The notes below the pieces were generated by a model. That model made no database searches. It was not told the DNA's origin and worked only from the letters and a program-made list of their open reading frames with translations. A stretch of DNA of 64,000 nucleotides from contig CALXRU010000008.1 of the NCBI GenBank assembly GCA_944390935.1, forward strand, positions 3,148 through 67,147, given 5' to 3'. Numbering within the stretch: the first letter of the stretch is position 1; the number at the start of each line of letters is the position of its first letter. This document shows, in pieces, positions 27,162-37,215 of the stretch. The position numbers and the translations under genes are program-made. This DNA comes from Acidaminococcaceae bacterium (GTDB lineage: Bacteria; Bacillota; Negativicutes; Acidaminococcales; Acidaminococcaceae).

Positions 27162-28535
27162 ATGGGTATTGTAATTTCCGCACTTGTAACGTTCTGGGTA
27201 GGCTATCTTATATATAAAAAATATAAGCCGCAGCCCGTACTCTTTTTAGGCGGCATGATTTTAATGTACATCGCAGTTGTCTGCGGTTACGGCGTAATCC
27301 TGCCGGAGAAAGCCTCCACCGGCTCCTGGTTCTTTGACGCTTTTGAATTCATGCGCAAAACGATGAGCAGTAACGCCGCAGGCCTTGGCCTGAACATTAT
27401 GTCCGTAGGTGCGTTTGCACGTTATATGGACCGCATCGGCGCTTCCCGCTCTCTGGTTCGCCTGACGATTAAACCGCTGCTGGCGCTGAAATCCCCTTAC
27501 CTTGTACTTTCCGGTACCTGGATTGTCGGCATGCTGATCGGCCTTTGCATCAACAGTGCTTCCGGCCTTGCAATGCTGTTAATGGTAACCATGTTCCCGA
27601 TTCTTATCGGCCTCGGCGTAAGCCGCCTGTCCGCAACTGCGGCTGTTGCTTCCACCCTGTGCTTTGACTGGAGCCCGAGCGACACCGGCACCATTCTTTC
27701 CGCAACCACCGCAGGCGTTGACCCGGTTCTGTACTGGACCAACTATCAGGTGCCTATCGTTATGGTAGCATTTGTGGTTGTAGGCACTTTGCATTACTTC
27801 ACCCAGAAATACATGGATAAGAAAATGGGCCATGTAGTTCAGCCGATGGAAGTTGAAAAAGCTGAAGAAAACCCGGCCGACAACGCTCCGTTATGGTACG
27901 CAATCCTGCCGGTTATTCCTTTGAGCTTGATTCTTTCCTTCAGCTCCCTGTGGATTACCACCATTAAAATGAACATCGTTATGGCTATGTTCATCGGTTT
28001 GTTCATCGGCGCATGCTGCGAATTTGCACGCTGGCGCGACGGCAAAAAAGTTTTTGCCGATATCCAGACCTTCTTTGATGGCTTAGGCATGCAGATGGCT
28101 AACGTAATTACCCTTATCATCGCCGGCCAGACCTTTGCTCAGGGCCTGCTCTCCATGGGCACCATCGACAGCCTGATTGAAGGCAGTAAAACCCTCGGCT
28201 TCGGCCCGATGGCAATGATGCTGGTAATGGTAAGCATTATCGTGTTCAGCTCCATCGTTATGGGCAGCGGCAACGCACCGTTCTTCGCGTTTGCTGCACT
28301 TACCCCGGCGGTTGCTGCCCACACCGGCCTGCACCCTGTGCTGATGCTTCTGCCGATGCACTTTGCTGCATCCATCGCACGTACCTGCTCCCCGATTACG
28401 GCGGTTATCGTTGTATCCTCCGGCATGGGCAACGTTTCCAGCTTCGACCTGGTAAAACGTACCTTTATCCCGATGTGCGGCGCTTTGGCTGTAACCCTTG
28501 CCATGACTTTCTACTATTACTACGCAGGAGTTTAA
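27162..28535 (+). CDS. dcuC: C4-dicarboxylate transporter, DcuC family
   Basis: GLGLNIMSVGAFARYMDRIGAS, GSGNAPFFAF, SPITAV motifs. Confidence 0.88.
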   Translation: MGIVISALVTFWVGYLIYKKYKPQPVLFLGGMILMYIAVVCGYGVILPEKASTGSWFFDAFEFMRKTMSSNAAGLGLNIMSVGAFARYMDRIGASRSLVRLTIKPLLALKSPYLVLSGTWIVGMLIGLCINSASGLAMLLMVTMFPILIGLGVSRLSATAAVASTLCFDWSPSDTGTILSATTAGVDPVLYWTNYQVPIVMVAFVVVGTLHYFTQKYMDKKMGHVVQPMEVEKAEENPADNAPLWYAILPVIPLSLILSFSSLWITTIKMNIVMAMFIGLFIGACCEFARWRDGKKVFADIQTFFDGLGMQMANVITLIIAGQTFAQGLLSMGTIDSLIEGSKTLGFGPMAMMLVMVSIIVFSSIVMGSGNAPFFAFAALTPAVAAHTGLHPVLMLLPMHFAASIARTCSPITAVIVVSSGMGNVSSFDLVKRTFIPMCGALAVTLAMTFYYYYAGV

Positions 28536-28602
28536 TAACTAAGTTTTTTGATAGCTGCCGTACATTGCGGCAGCTATTTGTTTTTAAGAAAGGACTGATA
28601 CC

Positions 28603-29550
28603 ATGTATATCTGCGACTGCCACTGCGACACTTTAACCGAGCTGTACAACAAAAACGCTTCGCTGTACGAAAACGAGCAGCACTTTGATATTAAGCGCCA
28701 GATTGCAAACGGCGGCGGTTTACAGTTCTGCGCCATTTATGTGCCGACCGATATTTTCCGCTATCAGGGCGGCTTGCGCTACACGCTGTGCCTGCTGGAT
28801 AAATACAAAACCGAACTGAAAAAAATGCGCGCCGGCTGCGTTGACGTGCTGGAGATTTTAACTCCCGCCGATGCGGCTGACGCTTTGAACCACAAGGCAG
28901 CAACGCTGCTGGCGATTGAAGAAGGCGGCGCTATTGACGGCAGCCTTGAGGCGCTGCGCATGCTGTACGAGCTGGGCCTGCGCGCCATGACGCTGACCTG
29001 GAGCAACCGCAACGACATTGCAGACGGCATTAACGAAGAAGCAACCGGCAGCGGGCTGACCGCTTTCGGCAAACAGGTTGTGGCGGAAATGAACCGCCTC
29101 GGCATTCTGGTAGATGTTTCCCATATCTCCACCGCTGGATTCTGGAGCGTTCTGGAAACCAGCACCAAGCCTATCATCGCCACCCACAGCAACGCCAAAG
29201 CGCTGTGCCCGCACCCGCGTAACCTTAACGACGACCAATTAAAAGCGCTGGCGCAGAACGGCGGCCTTGCAGGCATTACCTTTGCCGGTCAATTCCTTGA
29301 GGAAGACTGGCACGATGCCTGCATTGAAAGCGTCTATAAGCACATTGATTACATGCTGAACCTTATCGGCAACGACGACCACATCGGCTTCGGCAGCGAT
29401 TTTGACGGTATCAGCCACCCGCCTTACAACATTCAGGGCGTGCAGGATTATAAACCGCTGGTTGAGTTTTTAAGCAAACATTACAGCGACGAAACCATCA
29501 ACAAAATTACACACCAAAATGTACTGAACCTTTTGCAGAAGGTACTGTAA
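28603..29550 (+). CDS. Membrane dipeptidase family (peptidase M19)
   Basis: DCHCDT, IEEG, LTWSNRN, DVSH, ATHSN, HPRN, GFGSDFDG. Confidence 0.9.
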   Translation: MYICDCHCDTLTELYNKNASLYENEQHFDIKRQIANGGGLQFCAIYVPTDIFRYQGGLRYTLCLLDKYKTELKKMRAGCVDVLEILTPADAADALNHKAATLLAIEEGGAIDGSLEALRMLYELGLRAMTLTWSNRNDIADGINEEATGSGLTAFGKQVVAEMNRLGILVDVSHISTAGFWSVLETSTKPIIATHSNAKALCPHPRNLNDDQLKALAQNGGLAGITFAGQFLEEDWHDACIESVYKHIDYMLNLIGNDDHIGFGSDFDGISHPPYNIQGVQDYKPLVEFLSKHYSDETINKITHQNVLNLLQKVL

Positions 29551-29663
29551 AGCACAAACGCACGGCGCAAAACCGTGCGTTTTATTTTTTGACAGGAGCA
29601 AACTTCATAGTGGTATAATAGAATTGTAGTTATGTAAGCAGCAATACCAAAGGAGGATTTATA

Positions 29664-30281
29664 ATGAAGGTTTTATTATTAAACGGCAGCCCCAAGGCTG
29701 ACCAGTGCATTTATACCGCATTAAGCGAAGTTGCCAAAACATTAAACGAAGAAGGCATTGAAACAGAAATCATCCACGTCTGCGCCAAACCGGTAGGCGG
29801 CTGCATTGCCTGCTATGCCTGCAAAAAACTTGGCAAATGCGTATTTAACGACATCGTTAACGAAGTTGCCGCAAAATTTAAAGACGCCGACGGCATTGTT
29901 GTCGGCAGCCCGGTTTATTATGCCTCTGCCAACGGCAATTTAACCAGCTTTTTAGACCGCCTGTTCTTCAGCAGCGGCTTTGATAAAACCATGAAAGTTG
30001 GCGCTGCCGTTGTATCCGCACGCCGCGGAGGCTGCTCTGCCACCTTTGACCAGATTAACAAATACTTCACCATTTGCGGCATGCCCGTTGCCAGCAGCCA
30101 GTACTGGAACAGCGTGCACGGCAACACCGCCGAAGAAGTTTTGCAGGACGCCGAAGGGCTGCAAACCATGCGCACCTTAGGCCGCAACATGGCGTTTTTA
30201 ATTAAAAGCATTGCCCTCGGCAAGGAAAAATACGGCCTTCCTGCCAAAGAAGAAGCGGTTAAAACCAATTTCATCCGTTAG
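29664..30281 (+). CDS. Iron-sulfur flavoprotein / NADPH-dependent FMN reductase family
   Basis: NGSP, GCIACYACKKLGKC, GSPVYY, SARRGG. Confidence 0.88.
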   Translation: MKVLLLNGSPKADQCIYTALSEVAKTLNEEGIETEIIHVCAKPVGGCIACYACKKLGKCVFNDIVNEVAAKFKDADGIVVGSPVYYASANGNLTSFLDRLFFSSGFDKTMKVGAAVVSARRGGCSATFDQINKYFTICGMPVASSQYWNSVHGNTAEEVLQDAEGLQTMRTLGRNMAFLIKSIALGKEKYGLPAKEEAVKTNFIR

Positions 30282-30290
30282 GAGGCAGCT

Positions 30291-30824
30291 ATGCAGTACA
30301 TTACGCACTACCAATCGCCGCTGGGCGGCATAACCATAAGCAGCAACGGAACTGCCCTTACGGGCTTGTGGTTTGACGGGCAAAAATACTTTGCTTCCAC
30401 GCTTGGCGCGGATTATGAAGAAAAAGATTTGCCGGTATTTACCGAAGCCAAACGCTGGCTGGATATTTATTTCAGCGGCAGAGAACCGGATTTTACGCCG
30501 CCGCTCTCGCTTAACGGCTCAGCCTTCCGCATGGCGGTATGGCAAATACTGCAAAGTATATCTTACGGCCAAACCATTACTTACGGCGATATCGCAAGGC
30601 AGCTTGCCGCGCAGACCGGCAAAACAAAAATGTCAGCGCAGGCAGTTGGCGGTGCGGTCGGGCATAACCCCATCAGTATTATCGTGCCCTGCCACAGAGT
30701 TATCGGCGCAGGCGGCAGCTTAACCGGCTATGCAGGCGGCATTGATAAAAAAGTCCAGCTGCTTGAGCTGGAAGGCATTAATAAAAATAAATTTACCGTT
30801 CCCACCAAGGGTACGGCGTTATAA
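30291..30824 (+). CDS. ogt: Methylated-DNA--protein-cysteine S-methyltransferase
   Basis: PCHRV active site; AQAVGGAVGHNP; GYAGG. Confidence 0.93.
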   Translation: MQYITHYQSPLGGITISSNGTALTGLWFDGQKYFASTLGADYEEKDLPVFTEAKRWLDIYFSGREPDFTPPLSLNGSAFRMAVWQILQSISYGQTITYGDIARQLAAQTGKTKMSAQAVGGAVGHNPISIIVPCHRVIGAGGSLTGYAGGIDKKVQLLELEGINKNKFTVPTKGTAL

Positions 30825-30876
30825 ACATACAAAAACGGCACAGAACAATCTGTGCCGTTTATTTTTTGCCGGTATT

Positions 30877-32001
30877 TTATTTTTCCGCTGCCAGCCAGGC
30901 AATTTCCGCAGCCATTTCGCCGCATTTATAAAAATCCTGCAAATCCAGGTATTCTTCGCCGGTGTGGCAGTTAAAATAGCCCACCGTAATGCCTACCGTG
31001 GCAATGCCGTTGGCGTTAAAGTGGTTGGCGTCCATACCGCCGCCGCTCTTTTCCAGCTTCGGCTCAACGCCCACTTTTTTCAGCGCAGCCGCTGTCAGGC
31101 TTACCGCCGGGCAGTCCTCACTCAGTTTAAACGCCTTATACAAAACATCATAGCTGTAATCAATTTTCACCTTGTATTCTTCTTCAATCTTCGGTACGGC
31201 GTCGGCGTATTTTTGCAGCAGCGCGTCAAATTCGGCAGAATCGGTGCTGCGCATTTCGCCGTTCACTTCGGCGTAGTCGCATACAATGTTCAGCGCCGGG
31301 CCGCCCGCATGTACGGAAGCAATGTTGGCCGTGGAATTAGCGCTCTGCCTGTTATCCGGTATTGCCAGAATCAATCCCGCCGCCGCGCGGATAGCGTTAA
31401 TGCCTTTTTCCGGCGCTTCACCGGCGTGGGATGCCTTGCCGTGGATTTTATAGCAGTAGCTGCATTTTGCCGGAGCTTCTACGGCAATGCCGCCGATATG
31501 CCCTTCGGCGTCAAACACAAAACCGTTTTTGGAACGGAATTTATCAAATTCAAAATAACGTCCGCCAAGGATGCCAAACTCCTCGCAGACGGAGAAAGCA
31601 ACTTCAATATCGCCGTGAGGCCTGTCGGAAGCTTTTAAGCGGCGCAGCGCGTCCAGAATAATGCAGATGCCTGCCACGTCATCGGAAGCCAGAATCGTGC
31701 TGCCGTCGGTATGCACAATGCCCTTTTCCTCATCTACAATCGGCTTAATGGCGCCGTTGTTGGCAACGCGGTCCATATGCGCCGAAAACAGCAGCGGTTC
31801 GCAGTCCGCCGTGCCGCGCAGCACCGCACGGATATTACCGGCATTGCCGCCGATTTTAGCACCTGTATCTTCTTCCACAACTTCCAGTCCCAGCGCTTCC
31901 AGCTTGGCTTTCAACACATCGGCAATCTGCCTTTCGCTGCGGGACTGGACGGGAATCTGCACCAGTTCCAAAAATTCTTCCAACATTTGTTTATTTTCCA
32001 T
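30877..32001 (-). CDS. Peptidase M20 family (peptidase T-like, YqjE-type)
   Basis: SAHMD, ASDD, CEE, GKASHAG.PEKGINAI, GGGMDAN, HTGEE. Confidence 0.88.
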   Translation of the reverse strand: MENKQMLEEFLELVQIPVQSRSERQIADVLKAKLEALGLEVVEEDTGAKIGGNAGNIRAVLRGTADCEPLLFSAHMDRVANNGAIKPIVDEEKGIVHTDGSTILASDDVAGICIILDALRRLKASDRPHGDIEVAFSVCEEFGILGGRYFEFDKFRSKNGFVFDAEGHIGGIAVEAPAKCSYCYKIHGKASHAGEAPEKGINAIRAAAGLILAIPDNRQSANSTANIASVHAGGPALNIVCDYAEVNGEMRSTDSAEFDALLQKYADAVPKIEEEYKVKIDYSYDVLYKAFKLSEDCPAVSLTAAALKKVGVEPKLEKSGGGMDANHFNANGIATVGITVGYFNCHTGEEYLDLQDFYKCGEMAAEIAWLAAEK

Positions 32002-32017
32002 TTTGCACCTCCGCAAA

Positions 32018-33370
32018 TTATTTTAAACCTACATGCTTGCGCGCCAGCAGCCGCAAAAAGTAATGGTAGCTGGCAAACAAAAAGATTGACGAGCCTACCC
32101 ACGCAATCGGGCTGGCATAGCACACGCCGGTATATCCGTAATCAACGGTTAAATACAGCGCGGCCGCCGTGCGCAGCACCAGCTCCACAATGCCCGAAAG
32201 CATCGGTATCATGGCAATGCCCATGCCCTGCACGGAGTTTCTGTAAATAAAAATCTGGCTTAAAAAGAAGTAAAACGGCACGCTTAAATGCAGGTACAGT
32301 TTTGCCTCGTCCATAACCTTCGGGCTTGGGTTATCCAAAAAGACGCCAATCATTTCCTGCCCGAAGAAATACATCAGCACCGCCGCAAACACGCTGAAGC
32401 CGATGGACAGCAGCGAGCATTTTTTTACGCCGCGGCTGATGCGGGCAAATTTACGCGCGCCGAAATTCTGCGCCGTATACACCGCCATCGCCAGGCCGAA
32501 GGAAATCATCGGCTGCAAAGCCAGCTGCTCAATACGCATCGCGGCTGTAAAACCGGCAATGGTTTCCGTACCGAACCGGTTGCACACGGCCTGAATGATT
32601 ATCATGCCCATGCCCAGAACCGAAAACTGCACCGCCATCGGCATGCCCATGCGGATATGTTCCCACGCAAGGCGGTTATCCCATTTAAAATCGCCCAGCT
32701 TTAAGTGCAGCACGGGGAATTTACGCGCGATGTAGATAATGCACAAAAGCCCCGATACGCCCTGCGCGATAACCAGCGCCAACGCACTGCCCGGCACGCC
32801 CCAGCCGAAGTTGATGATGAACACCAGCGCCAGCACGATGTTTAACAGCGTGGCGATTATCAGAAAATACAGCGGCGTTTTGCTGTCGCCCAGCGAGCGC
32901 AGGATGTTGGACAGCATATTATACGCCATCATAAAAATCAGCCCGTAAACGATTATCATTACATAGGCTTTGGCATCGGCGTACAGCTTGTCCGGTATGT
33001 TCATCGCCGCCAGCGCCGGGTCGATAAAAATTACCGCCAGCGCCATGACGATTACCACAAAAATCGTGCACAGCATCGTCGTCATTGCCGCGCTGCGCCT
33101 TACGCCTTCCAGATCGCCCGCGCCAAAACGCTGGCCCGTAACGACGCTGAAGCCGCCGCTCATGCCAAGCGTAAGCACTACAAGCATCATAAACAGCGGC
33201 GCCGTTGCACCTACTGCTGCCAGCGCGTCCACGCCAATCGTCCTGCCGACGATGATGATATCGGCGATGTTGTATAACTGCTGAAACACGTTGCCGATTA
33301 ACAGCGGCACCATAAAAGGTATGATTAGTTTCAGCGGTTCGCCTTCCGTCATATTTTTCATAAGTATCAC
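32018..33370 (-). CDS. MATE family efflux transporter
   Basis: GNVFQQLYNIAD, ALAAVG, GDSKTPLYFL, AQNFGA. Confidence 0.92.
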   Translation of the reverse strand: MILMKNMTEGEPLKLIIPFMVPLLIGNVFQQLYNIADIIIVGRTIGVDALAAVGATAPLFMMLVVLTLGMSGGFSVVTGQRFGAGDLEGVRRSAAMTTMLCTIFVVIVMALAVIFIDPALAAMNIPDKLYADAKAYVMIIVYGLIFMMAYNMLSNILRSLGDSKTPLYFLIIATLLNIVLALVFIINFGWGVPGSALALVIAQGVSGLLCIIYIARKFPVLHLKLGDFKWDNRLAWEHIRMGMPMAVQFSVLGMGMIIIQAVCNRFGTETIAGFTAAMRIEQLALQPMISFGLAMAVYTAQNFGARKFARISRGVKKCSLLSIGFSVFAAVLMYFFGQEMIGVFLDNPSPKVMDEAKLYLHLSVPFYFFLSQIFIYRNSVQGMGIAMIPMLSGIVELVLRTAAALYLTVDYGYTGVCYASPIAWVGSSIFLFASYHYFLRLLARKHVGLK

Positions 33371-33388
33371 TGCCTGTATTTATTAGAT

Positions 33389-33402
33389 TGACTTATAAGT
33401 CA
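33389..33402. promoter_or_regulatory. Perfect 14-bp palindrome TGACTTATAAGTCA, operator candidate for the MATE gene
   Basis: Lies between a minus-strand extended -10 (TGtTAAAAT, about 33419-33411) and the MATE start. Confidence 0.55.
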
Positions 33403-33462
33403 GTAATTTCATTTTAACATTTTTCCATATAATAAACAATCTATTTTATAATTCGACCGTGT

Positions 33463-34113
33463 TTACGCTTTTACCTTCCAGCGGTCGAAAAAATGCAGGT
33501 ATTTTTCGTACAGGTAAATCATCCTGCCAACCAGCACCGCCGCCGCAATGGTGCCCAGCCCTACGCCTCGCAGCGTGCTGAATTCCAGCAGTGAAATTAT
33601 AACGCTGATTACAACCAAGGTAATATCAAAACCGTTTTTAATCAGGCTGAAATTCTTTCTGGAGATAAATGTCAGCACATTAACCAGCCCTTCACCGGCG
33701 GCAAAAAAGATTTTGGCACGCACTTCCAGAAACACGCCGAACGCCAGCACGGCAATGCTTATCAGGCAGGCCGCCCATTTTTCAAGCTGCGTTTCCGGGT
33801 TCACGTCCTGCAAAACCCACATAAACAGGTCAATGCTGTAACCAAACGGCACGGTTAAAATTACCTGCCCTATCAGCTCGCGCCAGTAAAAAGCTCTCAA
33901 AAGCAGCGGCTGCACCGCGATAAAGGCAAAGTTCATTATAATTGTAATAATGCCGACACTGAACGGAGTGCACATGCTTAACACCAACGGCACGCTGGAT
34001 ATCGGCGACGTGCCCAAATCCGCCTTGCATGACAGCGCTATGCCAAAAGTCATGCAGGCAATGCCGCAGATAAACATTATAATGCGCGGCCCGAAATGCT
34101 GACTGGTATTCAT
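33463..34113 (-). CDS. YczE/YyaS (DUF6198-like) membrane protein
   Basis: ADLGTSPISSVP, GEGLV, FDITLV, GVGLGTI. Confidence 0.8.
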   Translation of the reverse strand: MNTSQHFGPRIIMFICGIACMTFGIALSCKADLGTSPISSVPLVLSMCTPFSVGIITIIMNFAFIAVQPLLLRAFYWRELIGQVILTVPFGYSIDLFMWVLQDVNPETQLEKWAACLISIAVLAFGVFLEVRAKIFFAAGEGLVNVLTFISRKNFSLIKNGFDITLVVISVIISLLEFSTLRGVGLGTIAAAVLVGRMIYLYEKYLHFFDRWKVKA

Positions 34114-34210
34114 AAAAATCTTCCCTTCTCAAAACAATAAATTTACAAATAACGGCAATACTGCCAAATAAAAAAAGACGATAGCTCGTCTTTTTTTACA
34201 GCCGTTTATT

Positions 34211-34972
34211 TTAGCCTTTTACTACGGTATTGGTCAGCTTGCCGATGCCTTCAATCTCTACCGTTACCACGTCGCCGGGCACCATCGGGCCGCAGCCCAT
34301 CGGCGTGCCGGTCAGCACCAGGTCGCCTGCGTCCAGCGTCATGCTTTCGGAGATATAGCTTAAAATTTCATACGGGTTGTAAACCATGTCACTCGTGCGC
34401 CCGTTCTGTTTCAGCTCGCCGTTAAGGTAAGTTTTAATGGCAAGGTCAGTCGGGTCAAGGTCTGTTTCCAGCCAAGGCCCCAGCGGGCAAAAGGTATCGA
34501 ACGATTTGCTGCGCAGCCACTGCACGTCGTCCAGCTGCAAATCGCGCGCCGTTACATCGTTGGCGCAGGTATAACCCAAAATATAATCCTTTACTTCTTC
34601 CGGTTTTACGTTGCGCATGCGCTTTTTAATTACCACGCCCAGCTCTGCTTCGTAAACAACCTCTTTGCTCTGCCACGGGTACACAATCGCTTCCCCGTCG
34701 CCGATAATCGTATGCGCCGCCTTACTGAACAGCATGGGTTCCTTCGGCACTTCCGCGTGGAATTCCTCCGCATGCTGGCGGTAATTAAAGCCAACGCAGA
34801 TAATCTGCTTGGGCACGCACGGTGCCAGTAATTTAATATCGGACAGCTTAAATTCCTCGTCGGTAATGCGCCAGAAGGTATCAAGGCTGCCGTATACGGT
34901 TCTTACCACGTCGCCGTCGATAAAACCGATTCTTTTATTGCCGTTAGGTTCTTCAAAACGTATACATCTCAT
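34211..34972 (-). CDS. Fumarylacetoacetate hydrolase family protein
   Basis: CVGFNYRQH, YEAELG, GYTCANDVTARD, KSFDTFCPLGP, LTGTP. Confidence 0.92.
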   Translation of the reverse strand: MRCIRFEEPNGNKRIGFIDGDVVRTVYGSLDTFWRITDEEFKLSDIKLLAPCVPKQIICVGFNYRQHAEEFHAEVPKEPMLFSKAAHTIIGDGEAIVYPWQSKEVVYEAELGVVIKKRMRNVKPEEVKDYILGYTCANDVTARDLQLDDVQWLRSKSFDTFCPLGPWLETDLDPTDLAIKTYLNGELKQNGRTSDMVYNPYEILSYISESMTLDAGDLVLTGTPMGCGPMVPGDVVTVEIEGIGKLTNTVVKG

Positions 34973-34973
34973 T

Positions 34974-35750
34974 TTAAAGCATCATCCTTTGCATTTTTCG
35001 TTGTTCAAAATACACCGGCACCAGTCCGGCTGCCTCTGCCATTTCCCGGGCAATATCCAATCGCCGCCCCACATGTTCCTGATAGTGCGCGTCGCTGCCC
35101 AGCGTTGCGTAACGCCCGCCCAGTTCGCGGTAACGCTTGTACAAAACAAGCAAATGCTCAACTGCCGCCGGTTTATCCAGACGTCGCGTGTTAATTTCAA
35201 TCGCCTTATCCTTTTCAACCAGCAGCTTGAACACCGCGTCAAAAAGCTCCGGCGCTTCGGCGTAAACCAGTTCTTTATCATCGTAAGGCATATAGCGGCA
35301 CATATAATCGATATGAGCAAAGCTGTCAAAATTGTCATGCAGCTTTAAGTTCTCCGCCGTTGCCAGCAAAAACTCCCGCACGGCTTCCTGTTTAGTCTTG
35401 CCGTTATAGGTTTTGGCCTCGTACATATCGCGCCCATTCATGCAATGCATGGAACCCAGAATAAAATCAAACGGGTATTTTTTGCCGAGCGCGTCGTCAT
35501 TGGCGGCCGTGCTTTCCTGCATGCCAACTTCAATGCCCAGCAGCAAATTTTTGCTGCGGTACGGCCCGCACCTGGCAAAATAATCGGCAATGTCAAAAAC
35601 AAAAGCTTCCGGGTTCGTCGGGTAATCCTCGTCCCAGTGTTCCGTTATAATCATGCCTATGCCAAGTTTTTCCGCCGCGGCTTTCGCCTCGTCAATATTC
35701 ATTTTGGAATCAATGGAATACCGGCAGTGCATGTGTGTATCAAAAATCAT
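34974..35750 (-). CDS. Histidinol-phosphatase HisJ/HisK family (PHP)
   Basis: DTHMHCRYS, ITEH, GSMH, AHIDY, EINT, GSDAH. Confidence 0.85.
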   Translation of the reverse strand: MIFDTHMHCRYSIDSKMNIDEAKAAAEKLGIGMIITEHWDEDYPTNPEAFVFDIADYFARCGPYRSKNLLLGIEVGMQESTAANDDALGKKYPFDFILGSMHCMNGRDMYEAKTYNGKTKQEAVREFLLATAENLKLHDNFDSFAHIDYMCRYMPYDDKELVYAEAPELFDAVFKLLVEKDKAIEINTRRLDKPAAVEHLLVLYKRYRELGGRYATLGSDAHYQEHVGRRLDIAREMAEAAGLVPVYFEQRKMQRMML

Positions 35751-35955
35751 TTTTACTACCTCGCATAGTCTATTATAACATATCTATGCAAAAAAGCTGC
35801 GCTTACTGAAGATTTTACAAAAATCCGGTTATTTTTGCCGTTTTCTTTACACGCGTTCAAATTTCGCTTTTCAGCGGATTTTTGCGTTTTGGCATATCTC
35901 AATATCAATTTTGCATTTTCTCTGCCTTAACGGCGATTTAAACGCATGATTTTTT

Positions 35956-36447
35956 TCAGCGCATAACCTGTTCCAAAACGTCTTTTTCCTCATCGGAAAG
36001 CTGATAAGTGGATTTACCGTTTTCCACCGGTTTGGCATAGCTGCGGTTATCCTCACGTCCGTACAGGCTGGAAAGCACAACGCCGTTATTGTTTTCATCC
36101 AGCACCGCCAGCGAATAGCTTAAATTGCTGCCGGTATCGCTGAAAGCGTTGTAGCGCATTAGCTTAACCTTCTGCACACAGCCCTTCATCTGTTCGCGCA
36201 TTGCCTGATGGCGCTGTTCCAGTTCATCCAGTTCTGCTTTGGCAGCACGTACTTCCGTCAAAGTCTGCGTTAAAATTTCATCCCAGTTTTTATCGTCGCC
36301 CTGCGTAAAAAAATCGTACTTTTTCTGCAAAGCGGCTAATTTTTTGCTCTGGCTGCTGTACATTTTAAACAGCACCAGAAGCAAAACAACCAATACCAAA
36401 ATTATTACAAATAAATAGTTCTGCATTATTAAATTTACGTTTTCCAA
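35956..36447 (-). CDS. DUF4446 family membrane-anchored protein
   Basis: N-terminal TM; RYNAFSDTGSNLSYSLAVLD...GREDNRSYAKP...LSDEEK; TTG start after GGAGG. Confidence 0.82.
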   Translation of the reverse strand: MENVNLIMQNYLFVIILVLVVLLLVLFKMYSSQSKKLAALQKKYDFFTQGDDKNWDEILTQTLTEVRAAKAELDELEQRHQAMREQMKGCVQKVKLMRYNAFSDTGSNLSYSLAVLDENNNGVVLSSLYGREDNRSYAKPVENGKSTYQLSDEEKDVLEQVMR

Positions 36448-36460
36448 AGTTCTTCCTCCA

Positions 36461-37159
36461 TTATATGAAATAATAAGCCAGCACTCCGGCAACAAGCACC
36501 GCAGGCAGCTGGTTGGAAATTCTTATTTCCAAAAGCTTCAGCGAATTAATGCCGATTGCCATAATCAGCACGCCTCCGCAGGCCGTTACTTCGTTCAGTA
36601 CAGCTTCCGTCATCACCGGCTGCAAAAAGCCCGCCAGCATCGTCAGCGAACCCTGATATAGAAACACGCTGACCGATGAAAACGCGACACCAATGCCAAG
36701 GTTAGCCGCCAAAATTACGGAAATAATACCGTCCAGCGTTGCTTTGGCATATAATATGGTAGCATCCTGCTTCAATCCATCCTGCAAAGCGCCGACCACA
36801 GCCATAGCGCCGATGCAGAAAATCAATGTCGCCGATATAAAACCTTCGGCAATTTTAGCTGCCACGCTGCCATCCGCGCCGCGGTAAAATTTGTTAGCTA
36901 AATAATTGCCAAGCCTTTGCAGACGCCCGTCAATATCCAACGCCTCACCGATGATGGAACCTATAACAAGGCTGACAACGCAAATAACGATGTTGCCTGT
37001 TTTCAGCGCCATCTGCAAACCGATAATGAAAATGCACAGCGCCACGCCCTGCATAATCGTCTGCTGCCATTTCTCCGGCAGCCCGCGCCGCAGCACAACG
37101 CCTATCAAAGTGCCGCCGATTATCGCCAGCGCGTTGGCAATCGTACCCAGCCCGCTCAT
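36461..37159 (-). CDS. DUF554 membrane protein
   Basis: GTIANALAII, FCIGAMAVVG, LYAKATLDG, YQGSLT, NQLPA. Confidence 0.88.
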   Translation of the reverse strand: MSGLGTIANALAIIGGTLIGVVLRRGLPEKWQQTIMQGVALCIFIIGLQMALKTGNIVICVVSLVIGSIIGEALDIDGRLQRLGNYLANKFYRGADGSVAAKIAEGFISATLIFCIGAMAVVGALQDGLKQDATILYAKATLDGIISVILAANLGIGVAFSSVSVFLYQGSLTMLAGFLQPVMTEAVLNEVTACGGVLIMAIGINSLKLLEIRISNQLPAVLVAGVLAYYFI

Positions 37160-37215
37160 AACGGCATCACCGGCGCAAAATAGTTTTTCATTTGTCTTCC
37201 CTCATTTGCAATAAA

